A stretch of 64,000 nt of DNA from an uncultured Candidatus Saccharibacteria bacterium (GCA_964434715.1 CAYSWC010000003.1:6652-70651); one strand, 5' to 3'. Shown: positions 32,051 to 41,162, numbered from the stretch's first letter. Numbers and translations are program-made. The notes: generated by a model not told the origin, from the letters alone.

Positions 32051-33082
32051 TTACTTATCCTTATAGCAATTCCTCAACCAAAGATGCGTGCCGTCAAACA
32101 TTTCGGCGCAGACCAGACTATTATGTTGTTGCCAGCCGCCGGGGACGGTTGAACAAGCTGGCGGTTCGGGGATACCAGAGCAGGAACCGGCAGCCTTTGT
32201 TACCTTTGTTAAAAGAAGATCCGGGAGAGAAACATTGAAGTTTTCAAAGAAAGAAGCCAAATTTTGCTTTAACGGCTTTAAAGAACCAGAGTCATCGGGG
32301 GGATCGCCGTCGTCGCCGGGAACCCGTTCGCATCCACATTGAGACTCCCCAGTGCATTCATAGACATATCCCGTACCAGGTCCGTCAAGATCCGCGCATT
32401 GTCCGTCACTGCACACAAAGCCTGGATAATCCTGTTGTACTTCGTCAGGAAACATCGGGCAACCCGGTCCTTCTCCGCCGCCGCCTCCCCCGCCGCCAAA
32501 ACCGCCACCACCACCGACATCTACACACCAGCAAGCATTCTCAACGTTTTTGCATTCGTAACCAGCGCCACAATCGTTGACGCTGCATTGAGGGAAAGAA
32601 GTCCCGCAGCCGGCACCGGGCGGCGGTGGCGGCGGCGGCTCCTCGCCACCACCAGACCACCAGCTATCTGAAGGAGAAGTTAAAGTCAGCCAAGCATACC
32701 GGTTTACCCAATCCATTCTGCCAACGGTCGTTCTCCCCAAAATCTGATCATTACTGCCGGCATTGCCATTGGGTTTGATGATGCCGGTTAAATACAGTGA
32801 TCCCACCAAATCCAGTTTTGCCCCCGGATTATCAGTGCCAATACCTACATAACCACTATCGTCATCGCCCAATACCACAAGGCCTTTCTCCGAGCTCCCG
32901 CCGGAATTTAGCCACAAGCCGCCGGCTTTGAATTGTCCCTCTCCGGTAGGCGCAAGGGGTGCCGCCACATTGCCGCCAGTAGGAATAGCAGTGGGCTTAA
33001 ACCAGCCGGCGTAAGCGACCAGAGAAGCGAAAAATAACAGCAATAAGAAAAAGGGAAACAATTTACGGGAATCAAATTTCAT
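32051..33082 (-). CDS. Secreted protein with shared N-terminal module, Pro/Gly linkers and Cys-rich C-terminal domain (343 aa)
   Basis: Signal peptide ..LVAYA-GWFKPTAIPTGGNVAAPL, repeat unit VGIGTDNPGAKLDLVG, motif MDWVNRYAWL, runs PPPPPPP and GGGGGFGGGGGGGG, many Cys. Confidence 0.65.
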   Translation of the reverse strand: MKFDSRKLFPFFLLLLFFASLVAYAGWFKPTAIPTGGNVAAPLAPTGEGQFKAGGLWLNSGGSSEKGLVVLGDDDSGYVGIGTDNPGAKLDLVGSLYLTGIIKPNGNAGSNDQILGRTTVGRMDWVNRYAWLTLTSPSDSWWSGGGEEPPPPPPPGAGCGTSFPQCSVNDCGAGYECKNVENACWCVDVGGGGGFGGGGGGGGEGPGCPMFPDEVQQDYPGFVCSDGQCADLDGPGTGYVYECTGESQCGCERVPGDDGDPPDDSGSLKPLKQNLASFFENFNVSLPDLLLTKVTKAAGSCSGIPEPPACSTVPGGWQQHNSLVCAEMFDGTHLWLRNCYKDK

Positions 33083-33083
33083 A

Positions 33084-33650
33084 TTAATCTTCTAAATCAA
33101 TCCTGTTTTGGTAACAAATCCTTATAGCGCCGCCATAGCCCGGCGTACTTGAATCAGTATTAGTGCAATCGTCACTAAAGACAATATCCTCGTAATGAGT
33201 CCAGCCTTCGAGGCAAGCCGGAAAAACTTCAATACAGCTTGAACCTGAAGGAATGTCCATTCTTTGAATGTCCATCCAAGCCAGATCTTTAGTCCAATCC
33301 ATCTTAAAGCCGGGCGCTCTGGTAAGCAGATAGTCCTTCTTTCCTTTTTTGTCGTCCGGTTTAATCAAGCCGGAAATGTTAAAATTTCCGTTAATATCTA
33401 ATTTTTCCGAAGGATTTTCAAGACCAATACCTACCAAACCGGTATTGAGATTACCGGAGACAATCAATCCCCATGGGACTTCAAGGCCATTGAGTCCCAA
33501 ACCGCCCAGTTTTTCTTGAGTGAGACTGCTTACATTTAAAGCCGCTTGGAGGTCGCCGGTGGTGGGACCAGTCGGCGGTTCGCTCCAGGCGCCGTAAGCA
33601 ATAAGCAGGGCGCCGATTAAAGTTCCTAAAATTATTAATACCCCTTTCAT
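33084..33650 (-). CDS. Secreted protein with shared N-terminal module (188 aa)
   Basis: ..LLIAYG-AWSEPPTGPTTGDLQAALNVS..KLGGLGLN, VGIGLENPSEKLDINGN, MDWTKDLAWM. Confidence 0.65.
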   Translation of the reverse strand: MKGVLIILGTLIGALLIAYGAWSEPPTGPTTGDLQAALNVSSLTQEKLGGLGLNGLEVPWGLIVSGNLNTGLVGIGLENPSEKLDINGNFNISGLIKPDDKKGKKDYLLTRAPGFKMDWTKDLAWMDIQRMDIPSGSSCIEVFPACLEGWTHYEDIVFSDDCTNTDSSTPGYGGAIRICYQNRIDLED

Positions 33651-33660
33651 ATTTTAGAAA

Positions 33661-34206
33661 TTAAAAAGATTTATGACAGACCGTGACCACCACGCCGTAA
33701 TTTTGGTCTTTAAGACAATAACTGCCGTATTGCTCATAGCTGAAGTCGGTGCAGGCGATTGGCTGGGAGCCGCCGCAGGTGTCTGCTGGACCCACGCGTC
33801 CCACTAAAGTCATCCAGGCAGTGCGATGCCAGTCCATGCCAGAGTCCATGTCGGAGGATGTTCTCGTAATCACTTGGTGGGGGGAGCCGGGATTGTCATT
33901 GGGTTTGATAATGCCGCTTATGGCAACACTGCCCTCCACCGTAAGGTTTTCCAGAAGATCGCCGATTGCCTCTCCAGATTGCCGATTAATGATTCCCGTC
34001 TTGCCGTTCACAATTAATCCCGCGGGCGCCCCCGAACGGTTTAAAATCAAACCGCCCTGTTTCTGCTGGACACCAGGGCTGATATTTAGGAGCTCGGCGG
34101 CATTCGGCTCCGGCGGACTCTCGGGCGGAAGCCAGCCGCCATAAACAAAAACCAGAGGCAGAAAGGCAAAAACGATGAGAGTAAAGATTAAATCGCGGAG
34201 TTTCAT
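33661..34206 (-). CDS. Secreted protein with shared N-terminal module (181 aa)
   Basis: ..LVFVYG-GWLPPESPPEPNAAELLNIS..KQGGLILN, MDWHRTAWM. Confidence 0.65.
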   Translation of the reverse strand: MKLRDLIFTLIVFAFLPLVFVYGGWLPPESPPEPNAAELLNISPGVQQKQGGLILNRSGAPAGLIVNGKTGIINRQSGEAIGDLLENLTVEGSVAISGIIKPNDNPGSPHQVITRTSSDMDSGMDWHRTAWMTLVGRVGPADTCGGSQPIACTDFSYEQYGSYCLKDQNYGVVVTVCHKSF

Positions 34207-34208
34207 AA

Positions 34209-34433
34209 TTATCTTGGCGCGCTTAATCTTTTAATTACCTCGGGGTCGGGAACAAAAGAAGCGCCCGGGGGCCCGGAGAGTTTCTCTAGCGCCTCTTCTT
34301 CGGTGATCGGTTTTCTCTCGCGCGGTCTCTCCTCCCGCGTCAGTCGGTAAATTATAAAAGCTATGATAATAACCCCTAAAATCACTCCGCCAATAATGAA
34401 CCAACGTTTTTTCTCCTCTAATTCCATAATCAA
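34209..34433 (-). CDS. Small single-TM protein ending in a DPEVIKRLSAPR motif (74 aa)
   Basis: TM helix WFIIGGVILGVIIIAFIIY. The tail PDPEVIKRLSAPR matches the repeats of the 36784 gene. Confidence 0.55.
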   Translation of the reverse strand: MIMELEEKKRWFIIGGVILGVIIIAFIIYRLTREERPRERKPITEEEALEKLSGPPGASFVPDPEVIKRLSAPR

Positions 34434-34441
34434 TGATTAAT

Positions 34442-35878
34442 TTAGAAAAACGGAATTTTCTCAAAAATCCTGAATCTTTTGACCGTAACCTTGCAGGTAG
34501 CTGAATCAATGGCACCAGCTTCATCGTCAGCGAAAACCTCAACCACTTTATCGCCGCTCGTCGTATAGGTTGTTGAAACCGGATTACCGGCGGCATCATC
34601 AAATCCAACTTCATCATTATCAAAATCCCAGGCGTAAGTATATGAACCATCGCCGCCGGCGGTAACTTCCGCTCGCCACGTTACTACTCCGCCGTAACTT
34701 AGGAATGCCGGATCGGGCGCGCCGGAACATGAAACCGACAATTCTTCATCGTCATCGCCAGCCGGCAAGACAGTGATGGTGGTTGTATCTTCAGCAAACA
34801 AACTTTCCCGATCCACACGAACTCTGGCCGTATAGGTGCCGGCAGTTGAATAATCGCAAGCAGCTGTTGCGTTATAAGGATCAGAACTTGAAGTTATGTC
34901 TATCTCATAACTTCCGTTATTGGTGCAGTCGAAGCGGTATCTAATGTCTCCGCTTGCCGTTCCAGAAACATCAGCAATTAAGTCCACGTCGTTTAGGGGT
35001 TCAGTGCCGGAAGGTGGATTAGCGGTTAAAACAACAGAGAGTGTATCTCCGCCAGAGGTAACAGTAACAGTTGTCGAACACGAACCGGTTCCGCTGTCGT
35101 TGTAACATTCCAGATTATAAGTTGCATCAGACGATATTGTATAGGTTTCAGTGCCACCGCTCGAATCTTTTGGTCCCGGCCAGCCGGAAGAACCGTCAAA
35201 AGCAAGGCAAGAATCAGCACCTACGGTTATCCAGCTTATATCGGTAGTAAGCGGCGCTGCGCCAGACAGAGGGTTAGCAGTAAGCGTACAAGTCGGCGCC
35301 CCGCCAATGCCGGCGTTAAATTCCAACCAGCCGAATTCATTAGACCAAGCAAAGCCGGTTACTGTGCCGTCTGAATTGACATTCACGTCGTAATTGTCGC
35401 CCGACATTTTTACCCAACCCTCCCAGCCGCCGGAATTCTGCGCTGTTGTAGAGGCAGTCCAGATACTTACAATTCTCGCCCAACCCTTTAATTCATTTCC
35501 TTCTCTTCGAACGCCGTAGTCAGGACAAGGAGCACCACAGCCAGTAGTCGGGAAACCACTTGTCGGGTGAAAATCCAGCCAGCCGACATTAGAAAGCCAA
35601 GCATAACCGGTTACATCGCCAGTCTCTGGAATTTTAACTCCATAGCAGTCAACCGGATTAGTTCCAATACAAGCTTCACCACCGTCATTGTTATGTGTCG
35701 TAAGACTCGCCCAGCCCAAACCAGTCGCACTATCCAAACTCGCCGCGCCATCAGTTGTCCCGCCCCAAAGCCAACCCAAAACATCGGTATGGTCGCCGCG
35801 GACAGTAGAGGAATTTAATAGGACGGCAAGAGCCACCGATATTAAAAGACCAGCTATTAATGAAATTTTTCTATTCAT
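34442..35878 (-). CDS. Secreted GW-repeat protein with PKD/Ig-like repeats (478 aa)
   Basis: Signal peptide. Repeated G[YF]AW[LS][SN]..GWL[DE]F units (GYAWLSNVGWLDFHP, GFAWSNEFGWLEFNAG), then three ~90-aa beta-rich repeats (LTANP.SG..PL..D..). Confidence 0.6.
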   Translation of the reverse strand: MNRKISLIAGLLISVALAVLLNSSTVRGDHTDVLGWLWGGTTDGAASLDSATGLGWASLTTHNNDGGEACIGTNPVDCYGVKIPETGDVTGYAWLSNVGWLDFHPTSGFPTTGCGAPCPDYGVRREGNELKGWARIVSIWTASTTAQNSGGWEGWVKMSGDNYDVNVNSDGTVTGFAWSNEFGWLEFNAGIGGAPTCTLTANPLSGAAPLTTDISWITVGADSCLAFDGSSGWPGPKDSSGGTETYTISSDATYNLECYNDSGTGSCSTTVTVTSGGDTLSVVLTANPPSGTEPLNDVDLIADVSGTASGDIRYRFDCTNNGSYEIDITSSSDPYNATAACDYSTAGTYTARVRVDRESLFAEDTTTITVLPAGDDDEELSVSCSGAPDPAFLSYGGVVTWRAEVTAGGDGSYTYAWDFDNDEVGFDDAAGNPVSTTYTTSGDKVVEVFADDEAGAIDSATCKVTVKRFRIFEKIPFF

Positions 35879-35881
35879 AAA

Positions 35882-36787
35882 TCAGCAGTCAGTATGCGGG
35901 CTATCAATTCTTTTCCAAAGTAGCGTGCCCGAGCCCGGCGGCACTTCGCGGCAGAAACACAAAAATGAAGACGATTCGGCGTAGGCTACAACACCTTCAA
36001 TACTGCAGGATCCATCGGTCCGATCCCGCGTGGGCACGAGGCGCAGGCCCTCCGGATGAATTTCTATAACCGGCTTTATAGTCGTCTGTCGCTTTACAGC
36101 AAAACGCAACAACCCAGCAGGATCAGTGATGGGATTAGCTTCGCGGACAATTCCGGAAATAACAATCCACGGCCAATCAGCTCCGGTTGTATCCGGTCCA
36201 AAAAAATCAAAAGCGCCGAGGACTAATCCGTCTGACCCCAGTTGAATAAAAGGATTAAGCCGCAGAGTTTTCTGAATTTCCAGTTTAACGCTGGGCTCGA
36301 GGACTCCGATGCCCACATTGCCGATCGAGTTAATAACAAAAGGAGTGTCATCATCGTTTGTATCATCAACCCGCAAGGGATAGAGACTGGTTGATTCTGA
36401 AACATGAAGTTTGGCGCCCGGAGTTTGGATGCCAATGCCGGTTCGCCCCTGAATCAGTAAACCGTCAGCCGGCGCGTTTACGCTTCCCGAGTAGGACGAT
36501 CCAATTACGGCGCCGCCTTCAACATCCAATTTATTTTTAGGGTTGGCAGTGCCGATGCCCACCAAGCCGTGAGTGGCATCACCGGAGACAATCAGGCCCG
36601 CCGGAGCGGTTCCCAAAGCATTGAGCTGTAAACCGCCTTCTTTAGCTTGACCAACATTGCCCACATTGATAGGCGCGGCTACATTGCCCTCCGGCGGATT
36701 GGCGGTCGGTTCAAACCAGCCGCCGTAAGCAATCAGGGCGCCCAAGATAACGGCCGTGAGAATTGTTAAGAAAATATTAATTTTCAT
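35882..36787 (-). CDS. Secreted protein with shared N-terminal module and IGxxxPxxKLxV repeats (301 aa)
   Basis: ..ALIAYG-GWFEPTANPPEGNVAAPINVG..KEGGLQLN. Repeat units VGIGTANPKNKLDVEG, TGIGIQTPGAKLHVSE, VGIGVLEPSVKLEIQK. Confidence 0.65.
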   Translation of the reverse strand: MKINIFLTILTAVILGALIAYGGWFEPTANPPEGNVAAPINVGNVGQAKEGGLQLNALGTAPAGLIVSGDATHGLVGIGTANPKNKLDVEGGAVIGSSYSGSVNAPADGLLIQGRTGIGIQTPGAKLHVSESTSLYPLRVDDTNDDDTPFVINSIGNVGIGVLEPSVKLEIQKTLRLNPFIQLGSDGLVLGAFDFFGPDTTGADWPWIVISGIVREANPITDPAGLLRFAVKRQTTIKPVIEIHPEGLRLVPTRDRTDGSCSIEGVVAYAESSSFLCFCREVPPGSGTLLWKRIDSPHTDC

Positions 36788-37065
36788 TTTCTGGGCGCGG
36801 TTAAGGATTTTAAAATTTCCGGATCAAGGGGTTTGGGATTGCTGGTTGGGGGAGCGATTAAACTTTTTAATATTTCCGGATCAATCGGCTTGGCAACCGA
36901 ACTTGCCTGTGCTGTAAGACTTCTGATAATTTCAGCTTCAGAAAGCTTTGGTTCTTGATCTCCCCGGCGACCTAATCCCTCGGGTTTTCTTGCTGTCCAG
37001 AGAAGCACGAAAAGAATGGCGAGTGCGATTAGAGTCCAGACGAGATTTTTAGAATCGGTTTTCAT
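36784..37065 (-). CDS. Small single-TM protein with DPEILKSL[IT]AP repeats (93 aa)
   Basis: The likely start MKTDSKNLVWTLIALAILFVLLW is at 37065. The tail contains IDPEILKSLIAPP and LDPEILKSLTAPRK. The ORF-track start at 37131 is less likely. Confidence 0.55.
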   Translation of the reverse strand: MKTDSKNLVWTLIALAILFVLLWTARKPEGLGRRGDQEPKLSEAEIIRSLTAQASSVAKPIDPEILKSLIAPPTSNPKPLDPEILKSLTAPRK

Positions 37066-37124
37066 ACCTTGAACGATATAATTATAACATAAAGTCGTCA
37101 ACGAAATTACAAAACATCCCTCAA

Positions 37125-38426
37125 TTACCAAAGAGTCCGCCAGCCATAAAGATCAGAGGCATTTTTTGCACAAACCTCCAGCGTATCCTTCGCCCCAGCG
37201 GCGCCCTGCCTAAACCATATTGTGCCGCGGAGCGAAGCTGTACAACCCGATTGTGCATCAGTTGTGTTTAATCTGATACCGCCCGCCACCTCGAGTCGGG
37301 CGTTGGCCAAAGTCGGCCAGCCAACTCCAATACCCACATTGCCAGTAGCCGGATCAATATCAAGAAAGGGATTAAATAAGGAACCAGTTCTGTAAAAACA
37401 AATATGCGAATTGTTGCCGACGCCTGGGCAACGATTCTGTAATGACCAACTTTGCAGTAAAATCACCGCTGGTTCATCATTACCAAAATCCTGTATAGAG
37501 ATAGCCGGGAAATCTCCGAAAACATTTAGTATCCGTGCCTGAAGATTTCCCGCAACATCAAGGGTTGCCGCTGGACTAATTGTTCCGATTCCAACCTTGC
37601 CGTCAATGCCTTTAATAGTAATATCATCGCGGTTGCCCGCCCCCAATCTTAAATCTCTTGAGCCGGAATCATGTTTAATAAATGCCGCAGTATTATCTAA
37701 GGTGAAAGTTAGGGTGTAACCGGATAAAGTACTCTGGGGTCTCAATTTTAGAGCAGCGGCAGTTGTTAATCCAGGCTGGACATGAAGCGCGGCTCCGGGA
37801 GCTTGCGTCCCAATGCCGACATCTGTGCCATTATTAAAAATTAAACTATTTGCGAGCCAACCGGTACCGTCATGTCTTAAGGTTTGACCAGAAGACCCGC
37901 CGGGTAGAGCACCACCGCCGAGTAAATCTTGATAAGAGCCGCCGTTTTGAGAAACCTTGAATTTATTATCAAGAGAATCGAAATAAATCCTTCCTTGGCT
38001 GGGGGGGGCAACTGCTGGTGCCGCTACGCCGCGGATAGAGACAGCGCCGGCAATATCTAATTCTGTGTCTGGTGATATTGGTAAGCCAGAAAGGTCTGTA
38101 CCCAAATTAACGCCTACCTTACCGCCTTGGATAATAGCATTGCCCGCTTGGACAATAAGGCCGTTGGCCGCTCCGCCGGTATTTAAAATAGCGCCGCCAC
38201 CAGTTTCAAGCGTGTCGGTAAATAAAAGAATACTAGGGTTAGCTGGGGTAAGGACGCCGATTCGGAGGGGACCGGCTTTAGTTTGTTTAACGGGGCTTAC
38301 ATTTATCAGCGCCGGCACATTGCCGCCGGGCGGCGCGCCGGTTGGTTCGGTCCAGCCGGCAAAAACTACCGCGCCCAAGATTAGAAAAACGGCTATTATA
38401 ATAAGTAAAGAAATAGATTTAGACAT
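37125..38426 (-). CDS. Secreted protein with shared N-terminal module and IGxxxPxxxLxV repeats (433 aa)
   Basis: ..GAVVFA-GWTEPTGAPPGGNVPALINVS. Repeat units VGIGTQAPGAALHVQPG, VGIGTISPAATLDVAGN, IGVGWPTLANARLEVAGG. First gene of the minus-strand operon. Confidence 0.65.
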   Translation of the reverse strand: MSKSISLLIIIAVFLILGAVVFAGWTEPTGAPPGGNVPALINVSPVKQTKAGPLRIGVLTPANPSILLFTDTLETGGGAILNTGGAANGLIVQAGNAIIQGGKVGVNLGTDLSGLPISPDTELDIAGAVSIRGVAAPAVAPPSQGRIYFDSLDNKFKVSQNGGSYQDLLGGGALPGGSSGQTLRHDGTGWLANSLIFNNGTDVGIGTQAPGAALHVQPGLTTAAALKLRPQSTLSGYTLTFTLDNTAAFIKHDSGSRDLRLGAGNRDDITIKGIDGKVGIGTISPAATLDVAGNLQARILNVFGDFPAISIQDFGNDEPAVILLQSWSLQNRCPGVGNNSHICFYRTGSLFNPFLDIDPATGNVGIGVGWPTLANARLEVAGGIRLNTTDAQSGCTASLRGTIWFRQGAAGAKDTLEVCAKNASDLYGWRTLW

Positions 38427-38548
38427 ATTAAGGTTTAGTTGATTTTTAGACCGACCTTGTTAATATTGTAGCATATTGGCTATGATAGTATTATAATAGG
38501 TTACAGGAGGTTACACGATGTCGCATAAGGTTACTCGAGGTTACTATT

Positions 38549-38956
38549 ATGCTCCAACTATTATTTATCTTTAGCGATTGGGCGATTCTGCTTTTGCGGC
38601 TGGTTTTGGGTTTGATTTTTATTGCCCACGGCTGGCCCAAGATTAAGGATTTAAAAACCACCGCCCAAGGTTTTCAGGGTATGGGTTTTAAGCCCGGCCG
38701 ACTTTGGGGCACGGTGGTGGCGCTCGCGGAATTTGTAGGCGGACTTTTAATATTCTTCGGGCTTTTTACCCAAATAGCTGCCTTGATTTTGGCGATTCAA
38801 TTTATCGTCATTATGATTTGGAAATTTAAGATAAAACAAAAGCTGGTTGGCGGTTATGAGTTGGACTTGATTTTGTTGGCGGCACTTTTGGTTTTAGCCG
38901 CCAGCGGCAGCTCGCTTTTCTCCTTAGATAATTATTTCCAAATTTACTTATTCTAA
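38549..38956 (+). CDS. DoxX family membrane protein
   Basis: DWAILLLRLVLGLIFIAHGWPK and four TM helices, typical of DoxX. Confidence 0.8.
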   Translation: MLQLLFIFSDWAILLLRLVLGLIFIAHGWPKIKDLKTTAQGFQGMGFKPGRLWGTVVALAEFVGGLLIFFGLFTQIAALILAIQFIVIMIWKFKIKQKLVGGYELDLILLAALLVLAASGSSLFSLDNYFQIYLF

Positions 38957-41089
38957 GTGGATCGCTTTTTGAAAAGTTTCTAGTTTTTCCTTGAGCAACG
39001 GATAATTTTTAAGCTCCCCATCTTTCTCTATAATTCGGCTGGCGGCTTCGCGGGCAGTTTTGATAAGCTCCAGATTATTTAAAGCTTTCATAGCTAAATC
39101 GGGAAGGCCGGTTTGTTTTTCGCCTAGGAATTCTCCGGGTCCGCGCATTTGTAAATCCAGTTCGGCGAGTTCAAAGCCGTTTTTGGCGCGAAGCAAGGCA
39201 TCAAGCCGTTCTTTTACCGACTGGCTGTTTGATTCGGTAAAGAGGAGACAGAACGACTGGTGTTCGCCGCGGCCAATGCGCCCGCGAAACTGATAGAGCT
39301 GGGCCAAACCGAAATGTTCAACGCCTTCAATAATCATTATCGTGGCATTGGGAATATCTACGCCGACTTCAATTACCGAGGTAGAGACCAGGATATCGGT
39401 CAGACGGTTCTTGAAGTCGTTCATGATTTTTTCTTTTTCTTTACTTTTTAATTTTCCGTGAAGCATAGCAACTTTGAGATCAGGGAAAACTTTTTCGGAG
39501 AGCTTTTCAAATTCTTCCTTTACCGCCTTCATTTCTAATCGCGAATCAGCACCAATTCTCCCACTAATTACACTAATATTAGTGGCATTCGTGGGCGTTT
39601 CGTGACTATTAGCGACCTCTATTCTCGGACAGATGACAAACACTTGCCTCCCCTTTTTAATCTCCTCGCGCACAAAGGCGTAGGCCTTGCTTCGGTTTTC
39701 CGGCGCCACCACCTTGGTAATGATGGCCTTTCGGCCTTTGGGCAGTTCGTCAATAATGGAGAGATCAAGATCGCCAAACAAAGTGAGCGACAAGGTGCGC
39801 GGGATTGGAGTAGCGCTCATTGATAGAAAATGAGGCAACGGTGTCCTAGTTCCTAATCCCTGATTCCTAGTTCCTAAATTCGCTCGTTGCTCAACTCCGA
39901 ACCTATGTTGTTCATCTACAACGATGAGACCTAAATTATTGAAAGTTACGCCTTTCTGAATTAAAGCATGAGTGCCGATAATTATTTTGATTTCTCCGGT
40001 GGCAATCTTTTTAGCTGTTTCCTTTTTTAATTTTTGGGTAAGTCCGCCTAACAAGAGTCCAACTTCAAGGCCCCACTGTTTTAAAAGATTTCCGAAAATT
40101 TTATGGAGCGTTTGATAGTGCTGGCGGGCGAGAACCTCGGTGGGCGCCATAAAAGCGGCTTGGAGATTTGACTTTGCGACCAGCAGGGCGGCAATGGCGG
40201 CAATCACGGTTTTCCCTGATCCCACATCGCCTTGAAGCAGGCGGTTCATCGGCCGTCCCCGCTTTAAGTCATTTAAAATCTCCGCCAAGCTTCGCTTTTG
40301 AGAATTAGTGAGTTCAAACGGCAGGACCCCACCGATTTTTTTAAGTCCTTCTTCGTTCCATTCAATAACCGGCGCTTTTTCTTGGGCGAGACGCGAACGC
40401 AATTTTAAGTTGTTGAGCTGAAGCAAAAATAGATCCTCAAAAGCAAAACGTTTTTTAGCCTGTTCGGCCTCGGTTAAGACGCGCGGGAAATGAACTTTTT
40501 TAATGGCCGTATTTAAATCCGGCAATCTGTAGGCGGCTAAAATTTCAGCCGGCAGAAAATCTTGGATAGGCGGAAGAACTTTAAGAATCGGCTTAATCAA
40601 ATACCGGAGTCCCCGGGAAGTTAAGCCCCTAGTTTCCGGATAAACCGGAATCAGTCCGGCCGTGTGCTTAATCTCACCGCCGCGGAGCGGTTCATAAGAA
40701 GGGTTGGAGAGATAAATTTCCTTGTCAGTTAATGCGACTTTGCCGGACAAATTCGCGCGCATGCCGACTCGGAGAATCTTTCCGATATAGGGCTGGTTAA
40801 ACCAGACGGCCTTGATGCCCCCAGAGTCATCAACAATAATAGTTTCGACTAGTAGCATTTTGCGGCGCCAAGTGCGCCGCAAATCAATTTTTCTAATCAC
40901 GCCGCTTACCGTGGCCGACTGATTAAGTTTCAAATCCGCGATTTTTACGATCGTAGAAAAATCGTCATAGCGAAAGGGAAAATGCCACAGAAGATCTTGA
41001 ACTGTTTCAATTTTAAGCTTCTGGAGTTTACTGATAAAATTCGGCCCCAATCCGCGAATCCGAGCCAGTTCGGTTTCCAAAGTTATCAT
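38948..41089 (-). CDS. recG: ATP-dependent DNA helicase RecG
   Basis: 713 aa. Wedge/OB N-terminal domain, GDVGSGKT, DEQHRFG, SATPIPRT, QLYQFRGRIGRG. Carries extra in-frame repeat-derived segments. Confidence 0.9.
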   Translation of the reverse strand: MITLETELARIRGLGPNFISKLQKLKIETVQDLLWHFPFRYDDFSTIVKIADLKLNQSATVSGVIRKIDLRRTWRRKMLLVETIIVDDSGGIKAVWFNQPYIGKILRVGMRANLSGKVALTDKEIYLSNPSYEPLRGGEIKHTAGLIPVYPETRGLTSRGLRYLIKPILKVLPPIQDFLPAEILAAYRLPDLNTAIKKVHFPRVLTEAEQAKKRFAFEDLFLLQLNNLKLRSRLAQEKAPVIEWNEEGLKKIGGVLPFELTNSQKRSLAEILNDLKRGRPMNRLLQGDVGSGKTVIAAIAALLVAKSNLQAAFMAPTEVLARQHYQTLHKIFGNLLKQWGLEVGLLLGGLTQKLKKETAKKIATGEIKIIIGTHALIQKGVTFNNLGLIVVDEQHRFGVEQRANLGTRNQGLGTRTPLPHFLSMSATPIPRTLSLTLFGDLDLSIIDELPKGRKAIITKVVAPENRSKAYAFVREEIKKGRQVFVICPRIEVANSHETPTNATNISVISGRIGADSRLEMKAVKEEFEKLSEKVFPDLKVAMLHGKLKSKEKEKIMNDFKNRLTDILVSTSVIEVGVDIPNATIMIIEGVEHFGLAQLYQFRGRIGRGEHQSFCLLFTESNSQSVKERLDALLRAKNGFELAELDLQMRGPGEFLGEKQTGLPDLAMKALNNLELIKTAREAASRIIEKDGELKNYPLLKEKLETFQKAIHLE

Positions 41090-41091
41090 TG

Positions 41092-41162
41092 TCCCCCCAC
41101 TAGGAGTCGAACCTAGATTAACTGCTTAAGAGGCAGCTACTTTGCCATTAAGTTATGGGGGG
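41092..41162 (-). tRNA. tRNA-Lys (anticodon CTT)
   Basis: Acceptor CCCCCCA/TGGGGGG, D arm ACTT-AATGGCA-AAGT, anticodon arm GCTGC-CTCTTAA-GCAGT, T arm CTAGG-TTCGACT-CCTAG. Confidence 0.8.

Noticed and set aside
32051-38426. Diversity-generating retroelement targeting the secreted-protein genes
   Set aside because: The window contains no reverse transcriptase ORF, and I found no template/variable repeat pair differing at adenines.
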